Assembly (NCBI GenBank): GCA_019058295.1
Contig: JAHPZI010000014.1
Span: forward strand, 47,935-111,934
Origin: Promethearchaeota archaeon
GTDB taxonomy: Archaea > Asgardarchaeota > Lokiarchaeia > Sigyniarchaeales > SOKP01
Length of the DNA stretch: 64,000 bases
Direction: 5' to 3'
A program made the translations under genes and the position numbers. Position 1 is the first letter of the stretch; each line of letters opens with the position of its first letter. The notes below the pieces were generated by a model. That model was not told where the DNA came from. It saw only the letters and a program-made list of their open reading frames with translations, and did not search any database. Of the stretch, positions 52,544 through 62,923 are shown piece after piece.

Positions 52544-53260
52544 TTATATTGATGGGAAAAACCATTGTTTACCTGTCAACAAAGCCTCTCTAAATTTCGC
52601 AATACCCGTATTTTCAAGCGAGTTTAAAACTTTTAAGGCTCGTGCTTGAGACCAATTGAATGCAGTGCATACCGTTTCAAGTGTAAGATAATCTTTTTCT
52701 TTTGCTAATTCAATAACTTTTGCTTCATCGCCAGTATATTGAACTGGAAAAAAATGGATTATAGTAGTACCTGAATCTAATTCTTTTACATCATCAATGA
52801 CTTTTGTTTTTTTTAAAAGGGTCATTGCCTTTATTAGATCTTTGATTTCAACATTACCTTTTAAAATTCCCGTATTTATTGTTTCAAATACTTCAGATAT
52901 TGGCATTATCCCTCCTGTCTCCTCTTTACGCATTAATACACGTTGATACGCAAGCAGCCCCAGCTTTTCAAAGTCAATTTTATTAGATTTGGTCTTCATT
53001 ACGTCAGATTCATAAATCTGTTCTTTTATTATTTTTGATGATGGAATGTTATATTTTTCTTGTAATAATTTAACCTCTCCTTTTAGTTTCGGATTTAATG
53101 CCAAAATTACACCATGTCTTTTAGCTAATTCACTGATTCTATCCTTGGTGAGGTTTTCCACAGAAGCTTTAGCTTGAATTTCCTTAATTTTCAATTCGGC
53201 AGCTTTTTTTTTCATTGCTTCTTTTAAATCAATCTCGTCTTCGATTTTACGTATACCCAT
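52544..53260 (-). CDS. ESCRT-II Vps22/Vps36 (EAP30) family protein
   Basis: MGI start, ETGGIMPISE, two winged helices, WSQARA, WFFPSI end. Confidence 0.85.
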   Translation of the reverse strand: MGIRKIEDEIDLKEAMKKKAAELKIKEIQAKASVENLTKDRISELAKRHGVILALNPKLKGEVKLLQEKYNIPSSKIIKEQIYESDVMKTKSNKIDFEKLGLLAYQRVLMRKEETGGIMPISEVFETINTGILKGNVEIKDLIKAMTLLKKTKVIDDVKELDSGTTIIHFFPVQYTGDEAKVIELAKEKDYLTLETVCTAFNWSQARALKVLNSLENTGIAKFREALLTGKQWFFPSI

Positions 53261-53343
53261 ATTTTTTAACCCATATTTTTAATAATTTTAGTGATTAATA
53301 TATAACAATTATCTCTTTTCTATTTATTCAATTATAATCAATT

Positions 53344-53925
53344 ATGAAAAATCTAAAAAACTTTAGGATTATCAATGATACTGAAAAAAAGATAATTATT
53401 AATTCTCTTTCAAGAATGACTCCAGATATATTAACGATTTTTGAAAGAAATGATTATATGTTATTCATAGGATTAAACGAAAAAGCCTTGACAAATAATT
53501 ATCCAATAATTTTTCTTGTTCCAACTTATTTAAAGAATACAGTTGAGATAATAAGAGAAAAAGAAATGATAGTCTCTGCCGGAATTTATTTTGGTTTTAT
53601 AAAAAAGAACCAATTTCGATTAAGTTTGGAAGGTGCTGAATTTTTGCTTAACCTAAACCTTTTCCCTGAAAATCATCTTGCCATAGTGGACAATGAAGGA
53701 GAAAAAGCAATTTTATATGGAAACCATCTAATTGCAAAAATGATTATAAAAATATCAAATGAAGTAAAGAAAAATGATTTTTTACTAGTTTTTAACCATT
53801 CTAATGAATTGATTTGTATTGCTCGATCTCAAGTGGATTTTGAAGAATTTAAAAATTTAAAAGCTAATGAAATTGTAGCTTTCAATTTAATTGACAAAGG
53901 TTATTATTTGAGAAAAAAACAATAA
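53344..53925 (+). CDS. Nip7-like ribosome biogenesis protein (PUA domain)
   Basis: FRII, SAGIYFG, FRLSLEG, EKAILYGN, DKGYYLR. Confidence 0.85.
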   Translation: MKNLKNFRIINDTEKKIIINSLSRMTPDILTIFERNDYMLFIGLNEKALTNNYPIIFLVPTYLKNTVEIIREKEMIVSAGIYFGFIKKNQFRLSLEGAEFLLNLNLFPENHLAIVDNEGEKAILYGNHLIAKMIIKISNEVKKNDFLLVFNHSNELICIARSQVDFEEFKNLKANEIVAFNLIDKGYYLRKKQ

Positions 53926-53944
53926 AAAAAAAAGAAATTTAATT

Positions 53945-55852
53945 TTATTTTTTGAATAGTTCACGCTTCTTATATATTATCAATCCGATTATTGCTATAG
54001 CTATAAAAATTAGATAATAATTGCCTATTGGTATCGCTAGTTCATCATTGTCATCGTCATCATCATCATCATCTCCAAAGATCAAGTATTTAACTTGTGC
54101 TATTACATTTGTAAATGCGAAAATTGAAGTATGATTTACTGAAAATACTATTGTTCCGTTGCCATAATCCGTGAAGGGGATTTCAAGCCACTCTCCATTT
54201 TCTGGATCCATCAAAGATTGGTTAAACCAGTATAGTTTCATATTTTTATATTTACTCTTATCGTAATCAATTGTTATGTTTATCGGAGCATCTACATTAG
54301 GGGCATTAAGATTATCAGTCTCATTTATCCAAATATCAAAAAAGAGAACACCACTGCTAAGAGTATGATTCACAAGAGGATTAATGGACATGGCAGACGT
54401 TAATAAATGAGTTGTGTCATTCACTTTTATATCCATGGTAATATTGAATTCACTACTGCCAATATTAATTGGTATTATTTCCAATTCCCAAATCTTTGAA
54501 TCATCAATAATCGTAGAATTTTTTCTAAAAACAAGAACCTCCTCATAACCAAATTCAGTCTCAAAGCCATTTTGATCATTTAATTCAAGAAAACCAGATG
54601 CATTATATATATAATTAGCGTATCCTGAACTATTAGAAATGCGAACCCAATTATCTCCATAAGTGACACTAAAAGTTGGATCATTTTCATCCCCCCTGAA
54701 CTCCATCACAACAGCTAAATCCGATATTGAAAAATTTATTGGCATTAAAAGGGGAATAAAAGGTTTATCTTCTCCAGGAAACATAAACGGGAAATTGTCA
54801 TTTGCACTCCCAATAATGATCCAATTAACTCCTCCATCCATATCTACATAATCCCAAGTTTCAGTCGAAACATTCCACATTGACATATTTGCCCAAACGA
54901 CTTTAAGAGGTATTCTTCCCAAACCCCCGAGATCTACAGTAATATTTTCAAATTTCGAGATATTAAATTTAAGCTCGTGATAACTTAATCCCATATAAAG
55001 AACATCTCCAACATCCACATTCCATTCTGTGTCGTTTAATGGATTCAAATCATGACTTCTTGTAAAATTGAGTGTACCCAGTTGCCCTTCCAGATAAGTG
55101 TATAGTTCTCCTGTTTCTAATATACCATTTGGAGAATAATATAAATCACAATAGGTTCCATAAGGAGCATAATAGTAATGAATTGAAGTGCTAGTTATAG
55201 TCATGTCCGCATAATCTGCCGGAACCGTAGGAACTTTTCCTGTAAGAAAGAGGGAATAAAGCCAATGTAATGCATTCGCACACCAAAAAATATCTAGGGC
55301 ATCAGAAAAATTTTTAGGTATGAATAAATTTAACATTGGCCCAAGATCATCGAATCCCTCCATTTTAAAGGGAAGCATTTTCTCATTTGGATTAGAATTC
55401 GTATAATTAATTAAAGAGGCATTTATAACTGGAGAAGTTGGATCCACTTTAAAATCGTTAATACTAGAATCCCAATAAACAGGTTCTAATTCTACACCAT
55501 ATACTTCCCATGGGGTTAAATGCTCCATACTAGTTCCCGTTGCATTTTCAGCAATAGAAAAATATCTCATAGAACTAATGTTATATGTATAATCCAGATT
55601 GCCAAAAGGAGTTTCTATATTCCAGGCTACAATTGTATCATTTGTGAAATCCCAATATGTACCATTATGTTGAGTGGTAAAAGGATCGGGATCGGGAATA
55701 AAAGGATCAGATGTTTTAAGTATTTCATTTTTAAAGTCTTGACTATTGACTTCTCGTTCACTAGTATTTGTAGTATTATTGATTTCGGGTTTTAAGCTAA
55801 TGCTACTAATAATAAATAGTAATATTATTAGAAGCCATTTTTTATTTCTCAT
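53945..55852 (-). CDS. Cell-surface glycoprotein with poly-Asp linker and C-terminal TM anchor
   Basis: Signal peptide, many NxS/T sequons, VNHTSIFA, D9 tract, IPIG-TM-KKR. Confidence 0.85.
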   Translation of the reverse strand: MRNKKWLLIILLFIISSISLKPEINNTTNTSEREVNSQDFKNEILKTSDPFIPDPDPFTTQHNGTYWDFTNDTIVAWNIETPFGNLDYTYNISSMRYFSIAENATGTSMEHLTPWEVYGVELEPVYWDSSINDFKVDPTSPVINASLINYTNSNPNEKMLPFKMEGFDDLGPMLNLFIPKNFSDALDIFWCANALHWLYSLFLTGKVPTVPADYADMTITSTSIHYYYAPYGTYCDLYYSPNGILETGELYTYLEGQLGTLNFTRSHDLNPLNDTEWNVDVGDVLYMGLSYHELKFNISKFENITVDLGGLGRIPLKVVWANMSMWNVSTETWDYVDMDGGVNWIIIGSANDNFPFMFPGEDKPFIPLLMPINFSISDLAVVMEFRGDENDPTFSVTYGDNWVRISNSSGYANYIYNASGFLELNDQNGFETEFGYEEVLVFRKNSTIIDDSKIWELEIIPINIGSSEFNITMDIKVNDTTHLLTSAMSINPLVNHTLSSGVLFFDIWINETDNLNAPNVDAPINITIDYDKSKYKNMKLYWFNQSLMDPENGEWLEIPFTDYGNGTIVFSVNHTSIFAFTNVIAQVKYLIFGDDDDDDDDNDELAIPIGNYYLIFIAIAIIGLIIYKKRELFKK

Positions 55853-55968
55853 TTTTTAGATTCCTCTCAAGTTTTTAAGTTATATTTTTTTTAAGATCTA
55901 ATATGGGAAGATTGAAATTTAAATTTAGCTCTATTTTTTTATATGACTATATTTAATAAAAGCGCTAT

Positions 55969-56934
55969 TTATGTTGATTTTGAAATTAGACAGATAAAAA
56001 ATCCAATGGTATCGTGAAAATGGGGATAAAATCTTTGAGCTTTACTTAAATCATTCATTAAATTTTCACCATAAACTTTTGTAAGTCCTTTAACTCCATA
56101 TTGATATGTTATCTTATCTATAATGAAAGCTGGGTTTTTTTTAAGGACATGGTCTATTACAATTTCATTTTCTTCGGGAGCAATAGAACAAGTACTATAT
56201 AATAATTTGCCTCTGGGTTTTAATGCATTTAAGCCCGAAATTAGAAGTTTTTTTTGAACATTTGCCATTTTTTTGATATCACTTAAACTTTTACTTTTTT
56301 TTCTACTAAAATCTTGTCTAATCAAACCTTCACCAGTACACGGAGCATCCAATAAGATTTTATCTGCTTTAAGAGTTAATTTTCCTATATTTATAGCATC
56401 CAGATTTATTAATATTGAATTGGTAATACCCATCCTACGTAAATTAACTTCTAATGCGGGAATTCTTTTTCTATTTCTCTCAATCAATATTAAGGTTCCG
56501 TTATTCTCCATTATTTGAGCTAAATGAGTTGATTTTCCACCAGGTGCAGCACACATGTCAATAACAACTTCATTTGGTTTTGGGTCAAGAATATATGCTG
56601 GCAGCATTGATACTTTACTTTGCAAATAATAATAGCCTTGTAAAAATTCATGAAGAGAACCTAAATTATGAGGTTCTTTTGCAACTTTAAATCCGTAAGG
56701 CACCCATTCAATTGGCTCTAATTCAAAACCTTTGTTTTCTAATCTTTTTTTTAACTCATTTACTTTAATTTTTAAAGTATTAATCCTTATAGAAGGGGTT
56801 AAGGGGCGTTCGTTAGCTTTTAGGAGTTCTATTGTTTCGTCTAACCCTAAGAATTCGATATATCTTTCTATCATATATGGTAAATAACCATAATGTTCTG
56901 CTAGCTCCGAAGCACTTTTTTTATCTTGATTAAC
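55969..56934 (-). CDS. NOL1/NOP2/Sun family RNA m5C methyltransferase; first ATG at 56874, frame open to 56937
   Basis: DMCAAPGGKST, LDAPCTGEG, YSTCSIAPEENE. Confidence 0.93.
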   Translation of the reverse strand, partial: VNQDKKSASELAEHYGYLPYMIERYIEFLGLDETIELLKANERPLTPSIRINTLKIKVNELKKRLENKGFELEPIEWVPYGFKVAKEPHNLGSLHEFLQGYYYLQSKVSMLPAYILDPKPNEVVIDMCAAPGGKSTHLAQIMENNGTLILIERNRKRIPALEVNLRRMGITNSILINLDAINIGKLTLKADKILLDAPCTGEGLIRQDFSRKKSKSLSDIKKMANVQKKLLISGLNALKPRGKLLYSTCSIAPEENEIVIDHVLKKNPAFIIDKITYQYGVKGLTKVYGENLMNDLSKAQRFYPHFHDTIGFFICLISKST

Positions 56935-57031
56935 GTTTTATCAACTCTGTTTGCTAAGCTTAATATTAATATTAGTTTATAATTATTAAAAAATCGTTAA
57001 TTACAATTGTTAGTGAAAAAAAAGTGATTAT

Positions 57032-57640
57032 ATGATTGAGATAGAAATAAAGGCTAAAATTTTAAATCCTGAAGAGCTCGTAAAAAAATTTAAAAACCAA
57101 GAGGGGAGTTATAAAATCTCATTAATTCACGAAGATACTTATTTTAATATGCCAAAAGGGTTAAGAGATTTTAAAAAAACTGATGAGGCTTTAAGAATTC
57201 GAAAATCCATTGAATATAATAAAAATATTGATAGTTCTAAACAAAATATTAACTATTTTATAACTTATAAGGGAAAAAAGCTTGATAAAATAACCAAAAC
57301 ACGTAATGAGTTAGAGACAAAATTAGAAAATGGAGATTCTGTTAAGGAAATTTTTAATGCATTAGGATTTCGAGAAATTTTTACAGTTAAAAAAGAACGT
57401 GATCTGTACGAATTCAATTTTAAAGGATATATTATTGAAGCGTTAATTGATTATATTCCTATTTTAAAAGAACACTTTATCGAAGTTGAAATTATGTCTG
57501 AAACATATGACAGATTAGAAGAATCTAAAAATCTTCTCTTTGAGTTTTTGAGTTTATTTGATATTAAAAAGGAACAATCAATAACAAAATCATATTTAGA
57601 ATTAATCACCGACAGATTCAGAGGTAAAATAATCAGATGA
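57032..57640 (+). CDS. cyaB: CYTH-domain class IV adenylate cyclase-like protein
   Basis: IEIEIK, DTYFN, DEALRIR, TYKG, IEVE, SYLEL. Confidence 0.92.
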   Translation: MIEIEIKAKILNPEELVKKFKNQEGSYKISLIHEDTYFNMPKGLRDFKKTDEALRIRKSIEYNKNIDSSKQNINYFITYKGKKLDKITKTRNELETKLENGDSVKEIFNALGFREIFTVKKERDLYEFNFKGYIIEALIDYIPILKEHFIEVEIMSETYDRLEESKNLLFEFLSLFDIKKEQSITKSYLELITDRFRGKIIR

Positions 57641-58774
57641 TATTCTATTTTCCTTTATTACCTCATGATGACATACTGAAATGGAATTAATTGTATTACT
57701 AATAATTCTGACATTTTCTAAAACTTGAACATAAGAAGCTAAAATTACCAAACCATTTTCGTTTCCTTCTAATACAGCTCCATTGTCAATATGACAATGA
57801 TCGGAGACAATTGACCTTTCGATTTTTACATTTTTTGAGATATCGTTTTCGTCATATATTAATGATTCTTTAATTTCCGTATTTTCATCTATTTTAACAT
57901 TGTTTCCGATTATAACATTAGGACCAATGATGCAATTTTTTTCTATCACAGTATTTTCGCCAATGGTGACAGGGGGATATATTAAGACGCTTTTATCTAA
58001 TTTAACAGTGTCATTTATTAAATTTTCTCTATTTTCTTTAAGATTTTTCAAGATATCGTTCATTAAAAGAATATTTCCCTCTAATAATTCCTCTGGTTTG
58101 CCAATATCCTTCCAAACTCCCTCTATTGGATAGTGATACAATTTTCTCTCCTTTGAAAGATTTGGAAAAATATCCCTTTCCATTGAAATCCTTTTGTTAG
58201 GTTCTATATAAGAAAAGATGCTAGGTTCTAAAATATATACACCAGCATTTATAGGCATCGGTACTTGTTTTCCTTCAGGAGGGTGATATTCTGATTTTTC
58301 TAAAAATTTGAGGATTTGATTAGAATTTTTATCGTCTATTATAACACCATATCTTGAAGGATCATTAACAATTTTACTTGCGATTGTTCCTATTCCACCA
58401 TAATTTTCATGTTTTTTAAGCATTTCTTTGAAATCAAAGTTTAAAATTACATCCCCATTTAACATAAAGAAATTATCGTCTTTAAGGAACGATTCCGCTA
58501 ATTTTATCGCTCCTGCTGTTCCCATAGGATCTTTCTCATTTGTATAATGAATTTTGATGCCTAATCTCTCGCCATCTTGAAAATAATTTTTTAAATCATT
58601 TGCCATTACGCTTACTGCTAGTACAATCTCTTTAACTCCTGCCTTCTTTAAATGTTGCATCTGGCGTTCAATAACCGGTTTATTGACAACTGGCATTAAA
58701 GTTTTAGGTATTGTACACGTGAGGGGCCTTAGGCGAGTGCCCCAGCCTCCAGATAGAATTATTCCTTTAGTCAT
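57602..58774 (-). CDS. NDP-sugar synthase (mannose-1-phosphate guanylyltransferase-like)
   Basis: GGWGTRLRPLT, PK, GTAGAI, NGD, WKDIG, C-terminal hexapeptide repeats. Confidence 0.92.
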   Translation of the reverse strand: MTKGIILSGGWGTRLRPLTCTIPKTLMPVVNKPVIERQMQHLKKAGVKEIVLAVSVMANDLKNYFQDGERLGIKIHYTNEKDPMGTAGAIKLAESFLKDDNFFMLNGDVILNFDFKEMLKKHENYGGIGTIASKIVNDPSRYGVIIDDKNSNQILKFLEKSEYHPPEGKQVPMPINAGVYILEPSIFSYIEPNKRISMERDIFPNLSKERKLYHYPIEGVWKDIGKPEELLEGNILLMNDILKNLKENRENLINDTVKLDKSVLIYPPVTIGENTVIEKNCIIGPNVIIGNNVKIDENTEIKESLIYDENDISKNVKIERSIVSDHCHIDNGAVLEGNENGLVILASYVQVLENVRIISNTINSISVCHHEVIKENRISSDYFTSESVGD

Positions 58775-58809
58775 ATAATTATTATAAAAAAGAATAAAAG
58801 ATAAACCTT

Positions 58810-59029
58810 ACATCAATGGTAAAAGGTCTACCATAAATGCCTTATATAGATTAGATATGAATTATCTTAATTTTTTCTTTTTTATTAAATAAATTGTCGA
58901 TCCAGTGATTATAACAACAGTACCAGTAGAAATTATAATTAATCCCATAACTGGAGCTTGAATAGTATCTGTGCTCTTATCACTTTTCTTATTATCATTA
59001 TCATCGCTACCACCAGGAATAAATTGATT
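58810..59029. repeat. Copy 1 of the duplicated C-terminal anchor plus 3' UTR hairpin cassette
   Basis: Similar to 62701-62923, including the non-coding hairpin. Confidence 0.8.
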
Positions 59030-62000
59030 AATTCTATAACCTATATTAAAAGTAATTTGTTCCTCTCTTATATTAATATGCTGATCACAACCAAGCATAG
59101 GATATCCTGAATCATTTGCCCATATAAATAGGGTGTATGCACCATCATTAAGATCCCAACTATCGGGAGTATCCTCATAAATCTGAAATCTTTCAGAACC
59201 TCCTTGAGAGGTTAAGTCGACCCACTCTGAAGACACATTATCCCATATTGCATACCAAATAGTGTCTAAATCTAAATCTGCACAAGAAATATTTACCATA
59301 ACACTATCAGAATAAAAATTATTTTCGACTGGTGAATGAATATTTAAGATAGGAGCAGAAATGTCTATTCTGTCCGCATCATAAGTCATACCATAACTAA
59401 TATATTCCCATACAATATCATATGTAGAATTAACCTCAATTATTCTATTATTTGCAGAGTCTGCAATCAATATATTTCCATTCGGTAGTTTATCACAATC
59501 ACGTGGCCAGTTTAAAAAGATATGTGTTCTGTTAATTTGCCATACAATATCACCTGCAGGATTCACTTCAATGATTCTATGATTTAAAGAATCAGCGATC
59601 ATAGTGTTTCCATTTGATAATCGATCAGCATTATGAGGCCCCCATAATTTTATATGATTATTCGGATCTCCAGACATATCATATTCTAAATCTCCATAAC
59701 ACCACACAATATCACCCGCCGGATTCACTTCAATAATACTGTCATAATTACGTAGTGTCATTAGTGTATTTCCATTTGGTAATCGATCAACATCATTAAG
59801 ATGAACCCAATCATCGGGAATAAATTCATATGGAAGATGATCTGTACAATTCCACTCCCATACAATATTATAATCACTATCTACTTCAATTACTCGATCT
59901 TGACTCATATCAGCTATTAGTACATTCCCATTCGGTAATTTATCAGCATCATGTACTTGATGATTATCAATTTCTGGTCCAGATATTGTATAATACCAAA
60001 TAATTTCATGATCAGGAGATATTTCTACGATATGACTTTCTAAAGAACCTAATTTATAATTGATACAAAAGAAATAATTGCCATTCGGTAAAATCTCAGC
60101 ATCCCATGTTTGGTACCAATTAGAAATATCAAGTTTCCAGAGTTCAGTACCACTAGGATCGACTACATGCAAACGGTGTGAAACTAATGTATCTCCAGGA
60201 TATGGTTTTGAAGTACTATACTCTGAGCTTAGATTCACAGTAAATTGGATAGAATTACCTTCAAGTTGGACAATCGCTCTATCTGTAGGATAAGCCCCTC
60301 CTTCCACTACTAAATCCTTCCCCCACGCATGGAGAGTGTACAGTTTCTCATTCTCAAGAAAGATTTTAGTTGGCCCTGTATAAGTAATATTATTAGGAGA
60401 AACCCATTTATTATCTGTCTCATCATAAATTCTATAAAAGACTTCGTCAACCCAAGGATCAACACATTCAATCGTAATGGGAATTTCGAGAGTTGAACCA
60501 TAGGTTTTATTTTCAGGATTTAAAATATTTATTTTAGGTAAAACCGTATCTAAACGATCTGCATCATAATTAAAACCTGAGGTATCATGATACCACTCAA
60601 CTTCTTTAGTAGTGGCGTTGATTTCCCAAATTCTATTTTTACCCCCACTACTCGCAGAATCAGAAATTAGCATATTTCCATTAGGTAATATATCCGCATC
60701 TCGAGGCCATCCTAAATATTCATCTCCCGTTGGACTATATTCCCATATAATTTCTTTGGTGGTTTTATTGAGTTCAATTATTCTATGATTCTCAGAATCT
60801 GAAATAAGAATAGTCCCTTTCGGAGTATACTCGGGATTATGCGGGTGATTAATATACGTATGTTCTCCATACTCTCCGTATTCCCATAAGAGTTCTTCTG
60901 TTTCAGTGGAATTGACTATAATAATTTTATCAAAATTTCGAAGACAAATCATAGTGGAGCCATCAGGAAGGCGATCAGCGTCATTTAGATGGGTCCAATC
61001 CCATCCCATCTCTAAAACAGGAACCCCATACGTATAATGGTCTATAGCATACCATGCCCATTTGGTAGTACCATTTCTATAAAATTCTACAACCCTATTG
61101 CCCGAGGTATCTGCGATTAAAAATATATCTTCTCCGCTTTTATCTTTCCCAATCCAATCCACATCATGAGTCCAATTAAGAGGAGCGCCATCCACCTCAG
61201 TTATGCTCCATACAGTTGCATCAGTCGTGATATTTACTTCTCGTATTTCGGCATTCTCCGCCAGAGGACCGCCATAAAGACAGAGTAATACATTCCCATT
61301 TGGCAACATCTCCACATCAGATGCTACGCTTGGATAAGACCATTTCACATTTTTATTTCTATCAATTATATAGGTGGTGCTTCCATCAGTATAAAGTGTA
61401 TCATCTCTAAATAAAGCGCTTGTTGTTATATTGACTGAATATATTGTACTAATACTTTCTTCTTTTATTGTATTGTTTACACGAAACCTTATCTTATTAT
61501 TAAATTCGGAATATTGATCAAATCTAACGGAATCAACTTTAATGCTCTCTTTTGCAGTCGAGCCATCAACCCCGGTTACACTTATTTCTGGAGTGGGCTT
61601 CCAATCTTCAAAAAGAATTGATGCGCCATGCTCCACGAGCAACCCCACTTTAGCGGTGGCATTTGGGATCGGATCGAATCCCGATTGCCCTGTCAGAGCA
61701 CCCGCCCATGAAGTTATTTCTTTATTTGCTATAGTAAAATAATTTGCATATGTATCCCCATTAATAGAATACTGAGCTTTCCATGAATCTTTACTCCTTA
61801 TGAGTCTCAACCAAATTGGATCATACTGAGACGATTCGATTTCACCAAGTAATAATTTCGAACTTAGGTGAATATGATAAAATGTTATATTTACTGAAGT
61901 TGTTTTGTTCTCCACCATTAATTTGAGGGCATCAGTTGAATTTAGGATCGCAATTATTCCTCCAGCAGCCTTCTCTTGCCCCAAATCATTTGGCCTTAAC

Positions 62001-62506
62001 TTCACGGTTACTTGGAATGATCCGGCTATATTTTGTGTGATACAAGGGGCATCTTTTATTACCTCATCCCATGTATGCATCCCATCATCAGTAAAATTCA
62101 ATCCATTTGAGTCTTCATTAAGTATTCCATTAAATCCGTTTGTTTTTTCCCAAAATCCCTGTAAATTGGAATCATCAAACTTATCAGAGTAAGGATTCAT
62201 AAATGCTTTCGGCTCTTCTCCATTTATTGAAAATGCATATGAAGCGGAATCCTTATCAATTCCATTTATTTCATCTTGAATGGAGATCCGCACATCTGGA
62301 CTTTTATCTTCTGAATTTATTGGGTGGAATTCACTAAAATTAATTGGGCCAATGGAGGAAGAAGTAAAAATGGGCGCCGTCGAGCCTCTAATGTGCGGCT
62401 TCTTTAAGGAAAACCCTCTCTCTTGAACTTGAATATTATAAATAGGGATACTAATAACAAGAATACTAAGAAGAATAATTCTGAAATAACTTGATTTATT
62501 TTTCAT
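58862..62506 (-). CDS. Large surface protein: lectin/ConA-like domain, two arylsulfotransferase-like propellers, Ig-like spacers, C-terminal anchor
   Basis: Repeated LPNGNxLI, HLNDxDR, HNPE/HNAD, WPRDxD, YDADR in two blocks; TM plus KKKKLR. Confidence 0.85.
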   Translation of the reverse strand: MKNKSSYFRIILLSILVISIPIYNIQVQERGFSLKKPHIRGSTAPIFTSSSIGPINFSEFHPINSEDKSPDVRISIQDEINGIDKDSASYAFSINGEEPKAFMNPYSDKFDDSNLQGFWEKTNGFNGILNEDSNGLNFTDDGMHTWDEVIKDAPCITQNIAGSFQVTVKLRPNDLGQEKAAGGIIAILNSTDALKLMVENKTTSVNITFYHIHLSSKLLLGEIESSQYDPIWLRLIRSKDSWKAQYSINGDTYANYFTIANKEITSWAGALTGQSGFDPIPNATAKVGLLVEHGASILFEDWKPTPEISVTGVDGSTAKESIKVDSVRFDQYSEFNNKIRFRVNNTIKEESISTIYSVNITTSALFRDDTLYTDGSTTYIIDRNKNVKWSYPSVASDVEMLPNGNVLLCLYGGPLAENAEIREVNITTDATVWSITEVDGAPLNWTHDVDWIGKDKSGEDIFLIADTSGNRVVEFYRNGTTKWAWYAIDHYTYGVPVLEMGWDWTHLNDADRLPDGSTMICLRNFDKIIIVNSTETEELLWEYGEYGEHTYINHPHNPEYTPKGTILISDSENHRIIELNKTTKEIIWEYSPTGDEYLGWPRDADILPNGNMLISDSASSGGKNRIWEINATTKEVEWYHDTSGFNYDADRLDTVLPKINILNPENKTYGSTLEIPITIECVDPWVDEVFYRIYDETDNKWVSPNNITYTGPTKIFLENEKLYTLHAWGKDLVVEGGAYPTDRAIVQLEGNSIQFTVNLSSEYSTSKPYPGDTLVSHRLHVVDPSGTELWKLDISNWYQTWDAEILPNGNYFFCINYKLGSLESHIVEISPDHEIIWYYTISGPEIDNHQVHDADKLPNGNVLIADMSQDRVIEVDSDYNIVWEWNCTDHLPYEFIPDDWVHLNDVDRLPNGNTLMTLRNYDSIIEVNPAGDIVWCYGDLEYDMSGDPNNHIKLWGPHNADRLSNGNTMIADSLNHRIIEVNPAGDIVWQINRTHIFLNWPRDCDKLPNGNILIADSANNRIIEVNSTYDIVWEYISYGMTYDADRIDISAPILNIHSPVENNFYSDSVMVNISCADLDLDTIWYAIWDNVSSEWVDLTSQGGSERFQIYEDTPDSWDLNDGAYTLFIWANDSGYPMLGCDQHINIREEQITFNIGYRINQFIPGGSDDNDNKKSDKSTDTIQAPVMGLIIISTGTVVIITGSTIYLIKKKKLR

Positions 62507-62700
62507 AGGGCAACATGTTATATAGATAAATAAGATATTATTTTAATAAAAAAATCTACAATAAAAAGTTCTATATATATAGTATATGGAGGGATTTATT
62601 AAATTATATTAAAAAAAGTGAGGAAAAAAAAATAGAAAATATAATTAATTTAAATAATGAAGAACTGAAAAACCTCTTTTTATTCAAAAAATTATGCATT

Positions 62701-62923
62701 GCCTCGATGGTATAAGGTATACCATGGATGCCTTATGGTGATTAGATATGAATTATACTAATCTTTTCTTTTTTAATAAATAAATTATCAATCCAGCGAT
62801 TATAACAACAGAACCAGCAGAAATTATAATTAATAACGTAACTGGATCTTGAAGGGGATCTATGCTCGTTTCACTTTTCTTATCATTACTATCATCATCG
62901 CTACCACCAGGAATAAATTGATT
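62701..62923. repeat. Copy 2 of the duplicated anchor plus 3' UTR cassette
   Basis: Similar to 58810-59029. Confidence 0.8.
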
